The notes under the pieces: generated by a model
What the model was told of the DNA's origin: nothing
What the model saw: only the letters and a program-made list of their open reading frames with translations
Database searches by the model: none
Shown here: positions 24,413 to 32,000 of the stretch, piece after piece
How the letters are laid out: each line of letters opens with the position of its first letter
Position numbering within the stretch: the stretch's first letter is position 1
Assembly: GCF_000019345.1 (NCBI RefSeq)
Contig: NC_010503.1
Span: 660,001 to 692,000 of the forward strand
Origin: Ureaplasma parvum serovar 3 str. ATCC 27815
Lineage (GTDB): Bacteria > Bacillota_I > Bacilli_A > Mycoplasmatales > Mycoplasmoidaceae
Length of the DNA: 32,000 nucleotides
Direction: 5' to 3'
Position numbers and translations under genes: made by a program

Positions 24413-25873
24413 TTACTCCTTTGAAGTGGTTGCACGAATAAATTTACTATTTAATTTAGAAAAAATAATATCAGTTTCACCTGTTGACCCGTTTCGGTTC
24501 TTTTCAACAATAAATTTTGCTTCAATCAAATCATCGCGCATTCGGGTTTCTTGATTATCATTTTGCATAAAATTGCGTTGTTTTCGATCCCAATGTAAAA
24601 AAGCAACAACGTCAGCATCTTGTTCAATTGATCCAGATTCTCGCAAATCAGACAATTTTGGGGAATTATCAATTGTTTTTACTAAAGGGTTATTTTTCAT
24701 ATTAACATTATTGCTTACATCACGTTCTTCTGCTTTACGTGAAAGTTGAGCGATAGCGATTACTGGTGCATTAATTTCTTTAGCAATGATTTTTAATGCA
24801 CTTGAAACACGACCTACCTCTTGTGTTCTTGTCATATTTTTATTTGCATTGCCTCCTGAAACCAATTGTAAATAATCTAAAACGACTAAAGCAATATCAT
24901 AACGTTTTTTTAAATCATATAATTTTGCTTCAATGTCTACAATTGAAATATTAGGACGATCATCGATAAAAATAGGTCAACTTTTAATATCATTGATTGC
25001 TTGCATAGCAAAAGACCTTGTGTCATATCCTTTAGTTATACGATATTTATTTTCTATAACTTCACGATTAGAAATTCCTGTTTTAATTGAGATAAACTTT
25101 TGTAAAATTTGTTCTTTAGTAATTTCAAGCGAAAACATTACAATGATCTTTTCTTTTTGATTTGGTTGAATATTTTCGTTATATTCAATAATTTCATTAA
25201 CATTGTTAACCATAACATTTAAACAAAATGTAGTTTTTCCAATTCCAGGACGAGCGGCAATAACAACTAATTCTCCAGGTTTATAACCATTAGTGAATTT
25301 ATCAATATTATCGTATTTAGTTTTAATAACTCCAGGAATAATCCCGCTATTGCCTATTTTATTTAATTTCTCAAAATATCGATTAGCAATTAATTCCATA
25401 TTTTCAATAGTATCTTCGGTTCGTGATGCAAGAATTTCTAAAAATTTTTCATGCATTTCTTTAAATTGATCTTTAGCGTTAATTAATGAAATTTGGGTTG
25501 CTAAAATCTCATTTGCAAAAACATCAAGTTTATTTTTAATTGAAGCATTCTTAATAATTTCAATACAATCTTTTAAATCTACTAAATAATCAGTACGATC
25601 TAAAATTTGAAGTAAATAATTCTTATGTAATAAATAATTTTGATCTTGTTCATCAATAATCACATAATTAGCTAATGCATTTAAAATATTTGATTCATTG
25701 ATTTTATACTTTTGTTCGTTTAAATTAGCAATTGTATTAAAAATATTTTGCTGAATCTTTTCTGGAAAATCTTTAACTTCTAAACGTAAAACAACATCTT
25801 TTCAAAAGTCATTATTATTAATAATTAAACAAAACAAATCTAATATCGCATCATTTAAGTCTTTTGTTGGCAT
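24413..25873 (-). CDS. dnaB: Replicative DNA helicase DnaB
   Basis: 487-codon frame; 'GYKPGELVVIAARPGIGKTTFCLNVMVN', 'VVSGGNANKNMTRTQEVGRVSSALKIIAKEINAPVIAIAQLSRKAEER', 'LSDLRESGSIEQDADVVAFLHWD'. Confidence 0.95.
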
Positions 25874-25878
25874 AATTA

Positions 25879-26316
25879 TTATTCTTTGCTAACAATAACA
25901 TGAAGTTTAGCAGTAACCTTTTTATGCAATAAAATTTCAACAATATGTTCACCAATACCTAATGCATGTGGTTTTGTTATCATATGCTTTGTTATAAATT
26001 TTTGTTCTTTATTAATTTCATCAATAATTTGTTTATTACTAATTGATCCAAAAGTTTGTAAATTATTTGTTTTTAAAAAAAATTGTAGAGGCTTTTGCTC
26101 TAGTTTATCTTTTAGTAAAGTTGCGTCTAAGATTGCTTGTTGTTCTTGAGCTTCTAAAATTGCAAGATCTTTATTTAAAACTTCTTGTGATTTATTTGTT
26201 AATGCAACTGCTTTTTTTTGTCGAATTAAAAAATTTTTTGCATAACCATCACTAACATCAATAATTTCATTTTTTTTACCAAGACTTGCAATATCTTCTA
26301 ATAAAATAACTTTCAT
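25879..26316 (-). CDS. rplI: 50S ribosomal protein L9
   Basis: MKVILLEDIASLGKKNEIIDVSDGYAKNFLIRQKKAVALT, canonical L9 N-terminus; 145 aa. Confidence 0.95.
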   Translation of the reverse strand: MKVILLEDIASLGKKNEIIDVSDGYAKNFLIRQKKAVALTNKSQEVLNKDLAILEAQEQQAILDATLLKDKLEQKPLQFFLKTNNLQTFGSISNKQIIDEINKEQKFITKHMITKPHALGIGEHIVEILLHKKVTAKLHVIVSKE

Positions 26317-26336
26317 AACTTTACTCCTTATTATTT

Positions 26337-26390
26337 AAATAAAACGAACATATCATTAATTATTTATAAAATGACACATTCGTTTTATTT
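26337..26390 (-). promoter_or_regulatory. Strong structured hairpin in the rpsR-rplI intergenic region (attenuator or protein-binding leader candidate)
   Basis: 12-bp perfect outer stem (aaataaaacgaa 26337-26348 / ttcgttttattt 26379-26390), 2x2 internal loop, 7-bp inner stem (26351-26357 / 26370-26376, one G-U as RNA), 12-nt loop. Confidence 0.55.
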
Positions 26391-26399
26391 TGATTTTAA

Positions 26400-26639
26400 T
26401 TATTCTTTAACGTATGGAAGTAATCCTACGAAACGTGCACGTTTAATTGCATTTGCAATTCTTCTTTGCATACGAGCACTTGCTCCTGTTACACGTCGTG
26501 ATGCAATTTTGTTATTATTGTTAATAAAACGTTGTAGTAATTCTACATCTTTGTAATCGACATGTTCGATTCCTTTAGCAGATAAAATACAAACTTTTTT
26601 ACGTGGTTTACGATTACGGTTATTAGTTACTTTGGCCAT
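26400..26639 (-). CDS. rpsR: 30S ribosomal protein S18
   Basis: 79 aa; '[49 protein letters not shown]'. Confidence 0.95.
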   Translation of the reverse strand: MAKVTNNRNRKPRKKVCILSAKGIEHVDYKDVELLQRFINNNNKIASRRVTGASARMQRRIANAIKRARFVGLLPYVKE

Positions 26640-26647
26640 AAAATCTC

Positions 26648-27148
26648 CTATTCTAAATCATCATCAAGATTAATTCAACTTGTAATTTCATCTTCTTCAT
26701 CATTATTTTTATTTAAATTTGATGTTGTCGATGAAAGGGTAGTTTGAGGTTTGTTTGAACTAAATGCTGCATCAGTATTAATACCTGTATATGATTCCAT
26801 CATTGTATCAACATTTACCTTATTGTTATCACTAGGACTTTGGTTTCGACGTGATAATGATTGAACTTGATCAGCGTAAACTTCAGTTACATAATTTGTT
26901 TTACCATTATTGTCGACATAACTTCGAGAAACTATACGTCCTTCAATTGCAATGGCATCACCCTTTTTTAAATATGTTGTTAAGAAATTAGCCTGATTAT
27001 TTCAAGCAACACAACGTATAAAATTTGCATTAGCATTAGGTGTATTGTCATTTACAGCGATTGTAAAGTTAGTAACTAAACGCCCACTTGGTATTTGACG
27101 AGCTTCTGGATCACGTACTAAATTACCAATCAATATTACTTTATTCAT
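26648..27148 (-). CDS. ssb: Single-stranded DNA-binding protein
   Basis: 167-codon code-4 frame starting [11 protein letters not shown](R)[22 protein letters not shown]..., acidic C-terminus ...WINLDDDLE*; between rpsR and rpsF. Confidence 0.93.
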
Positions 27149-27192
27149 TTTACGCCTCAATATCTTTAAAGTTAAATTAAAATACGTTATTT

Positions 27193-27675
27193 TTAACGTT
27201 TTGAATTTGTGTTTTTAACAAATTCTTTAACTGGCAAACCAGCTGCTTCTCGTTCGGCTTTCATTGCTTCATAAGCTGCTTGACGTTCTACTGCACGACG
27301 TTCTGCTTCTTCTTTTTGACGTGCATAAACTTCAGCACGTTTTTCATTACGTTGTACTTTTTTAGTATTAACAGTTGCTTTATAACCGTAATCTTTTTCT
27401 AAATTAATAATAATATGTCTCAATACATTTTTATTAATAATTGCTAAACGTCTAAATTCATTAATTAGGCTAACATCAGTAGTTTCAAAATTATAAACAT
27501 AACGATAAGCTGTTTTTAACTTATTAATCTCATAAGCTAATTGTTGCACGCCATCATAATTATTTTCTTTTACTTCTGTATTCTTTAAAGTTGCTTTTAA
27601 TTCATTTGCAACTTTATTAGCTTGTTCTTGATCTAAATCACCACGAACAACTAACATAATTTCGTATTTCGCCAT
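27193..27675 (-). CDS. rpsF: 30S ribosomal protein S6
   Basis: 160 aa; '[26 protein letters not shown]', '[20 protein letters not shown]', with an Arg/Glu-rich C-terminal extension. Confidence 0.93.
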
Positions 27676-27773
27676 TTATTTTACTCCTCTTATGGATATT
27701 AATAGCTAATTTTGTTGTTTTAAAATTAGCAAGAGTGTTTAGTTCAATAATTATTGTTGAATAAACGTTAAAA

Positions 27774-27782
27774 TTATAGCAA
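27774..27782 (-). promoter_or_regulatory. Predicted extended -10 element for the rpsF cluster
   Basis: Minus strand reads TGCTATAAT immediately upstream of the rpsF leader; the -35 is weak. Confidence 0.4.
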
Positions 27783-27843
27783 ATTTAGCAGTATAATAAA
27801 GTTAAATTATTAAGTATGGCATAGGATTTTTAGATTTTAAATT

Positions 27844-28353
27844 ATGGTTTTGATAGAAAAAATCAATGAACAAGATATTAATACCGTCGTAGCATATGTT
27901 GTTGCTTTCCGTAAAAAACTTTATCCCAAAGTTGATCATAATAACTTACCTAAGGAACTAGTTAATTTTAAACAAACTTACATTATTAATCCTTTAGGAA
28001 TATGGTTTAGTGTTTTTTTAGAAGATACACATGAATTAGTTGGAACAATTTCATGTCATGAATACGATTATAGATATAATAATCTATTCTATCTAGATAG
28101 AAGTACTAAAACAAGTGAGGTTGGTAAATTATATATTGATCCTTTGATTCGACGTCAAGGAATTGCAACTCGTTTGTTTAACGCATTAAAAGACCAAGCT
28201 AAAAAACAAGGAATTAAATGTTTTTATTTACACACACACCATCACTTGCCAGGCGCTAGAGAATTTTGGTTAAAAATGGGATTTAAAATTCAAAAAGAAA
28301 TGACTTTAGAAGATGATGGTCAAGACATTATTCATATGACTTTAGAATTATAA
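27844..28353 (+). CDS. GNAT-family N-acetyltransferase
   Basis: 169 aa; 'EVGKLYIDPLIRRQGIATRLFNALKDQAKKQGIKCFYLHTHHHLPGAREFWLKMGF' acetyl-CoA-binding and motif B regions. Confidence 0.88.
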   Translation: MVLIEKINEQDINTVVAYVVAFRKKLYPKVDHNNLPKELVNFKQTYIINPLGIWFSVFLEDTHELVGTISCHEYDYRYNNLFYLDRSTKTSEVGKLYIDPLIRRQGIATRLFNALKDQAKKQGIKCFYLHTHHHLPGAREFWLKMGFKIQKEMTLEDDGQDIIHMTLEL

Positions 28354-28361
28354 TAATATAA

Positions 28362-28392
28362 AAAAATCATGGAATTATTAACCATGATTTTT
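28362..28392. terminator. Bidirectional terminator hairpin between the GNAT gene and tmRNA
   Basis: Perfect 11-bp stem aaaaatcatgg/ccatgattttt with 9-nt loop. Confidence 0.75.
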
Positions 28393-28457
28393 GGTCACAA
28401 CTTATTGAATTGCACAACAAATTTTAATAATAATTAAATTTCTACTCGAAATTGTGA

Positions 28458-28870
28458 TGGTGGAGATGAGGGGAGTCGAACCCCTTTCCGCAACACATAA
28501 TTAATAATATCTACAGTTTAGTTTTATTAAAAATAGTGTAGTTAATAACTAATAAAACAAATTTAAAATTAACTAACTATTTGTTAAATCTATTTAAATT
28601 TAAACAACAAATAAGAATTTTAAATTTAAAACTATTGTAAAATAAGCCCAAAAACCAACCAATAGTAATTATGTTAATGAACGTTTCTACTAATAACTAA
28701 TTAGTACGCAAAAGCGTAGTTTGCATTAGTAGCTGAAGCCATAAACGCTGGGTTTAATTCTACTTCAGAAGATTTTTTATTTTCTGCATTTAAAATGCCT
28801 CGAAAGCGATAAGGGGCTAACCCCACTGCAATTAAAAATTAATGTGTCACGTCGAAACCGTGACATCCCC
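28458..28870 (-). ncRNA. ssrA: tmRNA (transfer-messenger RNA)
   Basis: 5' GGGGATGTCACGGTTTCGACGTGAC... and 3' ...GGGTTCGACTCCCCTCATCTCCACCA pair as the tRNA-like acceptor (GGGGATG/CATCTCC). Tag frame GCA...TAA at 28787-28701 encodes AENKKSSEVELNPAFMASATNANYAFAY. Confidence 0.96.
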
Positions 28871-28927
28871 AAATAAAATAGCACTATAAATAATTTATAG
28901 TTAATAATATTTTAAAGGATTAAAAAA

Positions 28928-28976
28928 CAAAAAACAAGATTATTAATGTTTGTAAACATTTTTATCTTGTTTTTTG
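28928..28976. terminator. Long hairpin upstream of tmRNA
   Basis: 13-bp perfect stem caaaaaacaagat (28928-28940) / atcttgttttttg (28964-28976) plus an inner 7-bp stem aatgttt/aaacatt. Confidence 0.6.
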
Positions 28977-29148
28977 TAGTTCATGGTTATATTATTTATG
29001 TTTATTCAATAGTATTTTTTAAAAAATTATCCACTTCATTTTTTGACACAAATATTCTAGTTTAGAATATCAAAATTATTTAGAAGTTTAACTTTATTTT
29101 GAAAAATAAAGTTAAAAATACTATAGTATTTATGTTTTATTTATTTAG

Positions 29149-29192
29149 AAAAACAGGGTTTTGTGCTAAAAGCGCAACTTCACCCTGTTTTT
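29149..29192 (-). terminator. Terminator hairpin downstream of the small membrane protein gene
   Basis: 11-bp perfect stem aaaaacagggt (29149-29159) / accctgttttt (29182-29192), with an inner ttgtgc/gcgcaa pairing; 7 bp past the stop of the minus-strand CDS. Confidence 0.75.
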
Positions 29193-29198
29193 ATTATT

Positions 29199-29687
29199 TT
29201 AATAAGCCGAGATATATTCTTCTTGTAAAGTGTGACTTTTTTTTCGATTTCAATTAAATACTTTATCATACACAACTGTTAATAAAATTGATGAGACATA
29301 GTGTATGAAAGGAATTAATGAAATAATTAAAGCTTTTTTAACTTTCGTTTTATTTTCATTAAAATCATTTAAATACTTAATTAAAATGCGAATATTAACA
29401 ACTAAGCTAATTAAATATGTTAATGTTCATAAAACTAAAAATAGGCCAAAAAAACCAATTGATAAACGAATTTGTTCTTTTTGTGATAAATAAACTTCTA
29501 AATCTTTAGGATTTAACATGTTAATTAATTCTTTTTCATGATTTAGGGTATATGCATCAAATAAATTATGACGCACTAATTCATGACCAATTCAAGCTCC
29601 TACACAAACAAATAACGCAGCTGCAAATAAAAGTAAAACTCAATTTTGAATTGAAATAAACTTTAATCTTTTAAAAATTAAATCCAT
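29199..29687 (-). CDS. Hypothetical small membrane protein (162 aa)
   Basis: Code-4 frame MDLIFKRLKFISIQNWVLLLFAAALFVCVGAWIGHELVRHNLFDAYTL...KVFNWNRKKSHTLQEEYISAY*; about three hydrophobic segments. Confidence 0.7.
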
Positions 29688-29695
29688 AATCTTTT

Positions 29696-32000
29696 TTAAT
29701 TATCCCCTTCTGCTTGTGGTGATGTTGGTAAACCAGGACGTGGAGGTCTTCGATAATCATAAGCAAATTGTAAATAATATGTAAAGTTATTTTTCATACC
29801 ACCAAGTGATGAAATCGTTCAGTTTGTATCAATTTCCATAATAGGCACAATTGCTGCTTCATCACGTAAAATTTTTTCTAAATTTAAAATTGTTCTAAAG
29901 ATACTATCATCATCTTCTCAACCTGGACGATTCCCTGAAAAGAAATCAATAATTCTTTTACGTTGATCAACAACTGTTTCTAATTTTGTCATATAAATTT
30001 CATTATTAACTTTATCAGATATTTCATTATTCTCATTTCTTAAGTACTTACTTAATAATGGTTTTAAATCATTTATGTAAGATAAGTTGATTACTTGATA
30101 TGATCCAATTGGTAATTTTTTAATAGAAAATTTGTATTTAAATCGTTTTTTGAAATTAATTTCATCAATATTTTCTTTATTATAATATTTTGCATAATCT
30201 TCTTTTGTAGCTTGAACATATTGATTTGTTTTTTTATCGATAACTGGTTGAATTTGTAGCGTTGTAAATTGACCTGTTACATTATTTTGCAATACTAGTA
30301 AAAACGGTTTATTTTCACGTTTTGGATCGTGTTTATTTAAGAACTCTTCTGATAAATAAAATTCACGTTCTTGCATTGTATCAATTTCGTTCTGTAGATT
30401 ATTAGCTTCTTTTTCTCACGTTGATTTCGAACTACTTGTAGGCTCATTTTTAATTTTTTGATTTAATTTATTAATTTGGTGTTCTAAATCATGAATGATC
30501 TTAGCGTCATATTCAGAATAATTAACATCAAACATTGGAATGGCTTTATCTTTTAATTTTAATTTACGTAAATCAGCTCTATTTGTTAGGTGTTGTGGAT
30601 TATAAACTTCACTTGTTTTAATATTTGTTGGCGTTACCAATTCACGAATAATATCAGCGTCTTCTTCACTAATATGTAAACGTTTCAAAGCGTAATCTAA
30701 TTCTGCTTTATTTTTATAACGATCAAAAAAGTTTTTTGGCGTTCAAGATCCTGTTGGATTTAATTCATAACCTGAGCTTTTATTATTTTTTAAATCAATT
30801 CCATCAGGTGTTAAAAATAATCCTAATGCTGAGTCATAAGTACTACCAGCATATTTATCAAAGTTTTGATAAGAAATATCAAATTTACCACTATTTGCAA
30901 ATGTCACAAATGTGTTTGGCGGTAATGCTTGTAACTCTAATTTTACATAACCATTCAGATTACGGTCAATTAAATCTTTAATAGCAATTACAGCTTTTCC
31001 AATATCAGCTGGTTCGGTAGGATAAACAAATTTTAAAACAACTTGTTTTTTATCTGGATGTTTTTTCTTATATTTATCTAAATAAAATTTAGCAACTTGT
31101 GGATCAAAACCAGTATCTTTTCGGTTAATATTTTCAAATGTTGAATTTTTAGCAGCAACGTGGTCACTAAAATCATTATTTTGGATTAAAAAAGAACGGT
31201 TTTGTTTTCTTGTTTCATGTGTTTTTTCATCTTTAATAGTATCAATGTATTCACTATCAAAACGTTTATTATCAAATCAATATTCTAAATTACGCCCTTT
31301 TGAATCTTTAATTCTTTGAAATGATGTTCAAGTTGTAACTGGAAAAGATGAAGTTCAACCAGATAATTTTAATATGTTTTCTCTGTTAATAGCAAAAGCA
31401 ATTGCACGTCGTAAATCAGGATCTAGGATTGGAATGTCCTTATTAGGATTTTTTAAATATTCTTGATAACTATCATAACGTGATTGACGATCTAAATTAA
31501 ATTGCATTGCAACCGTTCCAGCCCCTGCTTGTTTTTTCATTAAATCACGCATTTTACTTTGCGCTCAGAATTTTAATTGATATGATGGTGGAACAGTAGT
31601 TGATGAAATCATCCCTTGTTCAAATCAAAGTGATGTAACTTCATTTTTAGAATTAAAATAAATTTTAATCTTATCGCTAATTGTTCAATTAGCTGAAAAA
31701 TAATCTTTATTTTTTTCTAATGTCATATAACCTTGAGGTCCTAAAACAACATCAGCAATATTAAATGGACCGCTTCAAACAAAATTTTCAAGAGTAGAAC
31801 CGAATTTTTCAATTCCACCATGTGTTTCAATAAAACGACGATTAACTGGTAGTAAAGCTTGGTTTCCTAAAATATCAGTCAATAAAACACTAAATGAAGG
31901 TTTTGGAGCATAAGTCTCAAATTCCATTAGTAAATCAAAACGTGAAGTTGGTAATGATTTAAATTTAAATAAATCTTTTGAATTAGCTAAAGTTTGTAAA
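29696..32000 (-). CDS. Oligopeptide ABC transporter substrate-binding-like protein (5' end beyond the window)
   Basis: One code-4 frame linking the ORFs at 29918, 30416 and 31355; 'IPILDPDLRRAIAFAINRENIL', 'SGPFNIADVV', 'NKDYF' resemble SBP family 5 (OppA-like). Confidence 0.75.

Noticed and set aside
29014-29027. attttttaaaaaat palindrome
   Set aside because: Low-complexity A/T run; not counted among the meaningful inverted repeats of the 28871-29198 interval.
1-32000. CRISPR arrays, transposases, prophage genes, restriction-modification or toxin-antitoxin systems
   Set aside because: I found no spaced direct repeats, no transposase or integrase motifs and no defence-type gene in either strand; the window reads as core genome.

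Overview
This is an ordinary, gene-dense, AT-rich Mollicutes chromosome segment. It is probably Ureaplasma, judging by gene content and the tmRNA tag, but I could not verify that by search. TGA is read as Trp (genetic code 4), so most ORFs in the supplied track are fragments of longer genes that I rejoined across in-frame TGA codons. Main content: a 5' part of a phosphohexomutase, cdd, tRNA-Trp(CCA), an M24 aminopeptidase, rpmG, thrS, a DegV-family gene, truA, the ECF transporter module (ecfT, ecfA2, ecfA1), rplA/rplK, one 2263-codon FtsX-type permease gene (10968..17759, +), and a tight 11-gene minus-strand cluster rpsF-ssb-rpsR-rplI-dnaB-lipoprotein-ung-ECF S component-gatC-gatA-gatB. After that come a GNAT acetyltransferase, tmRNA (ssrA), a small membrane protein and an oligopeptide-binding-like protein running off the window. 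I found no CRISPR array, transposon, prophage or obvious defence system. The points most worth a second look are: the very large two-FtsX-domain permease with no adjacent ATPase; large insertions in both EcfT and EcfA2; a 328-bp non-coding stretch (28871-29198) with a series of inverted repeats; a strong structured hairpin between rpsR and rplI; and a promoter-overlapping inverted repeat plus leader hairpin upstream of rplK-rplA.
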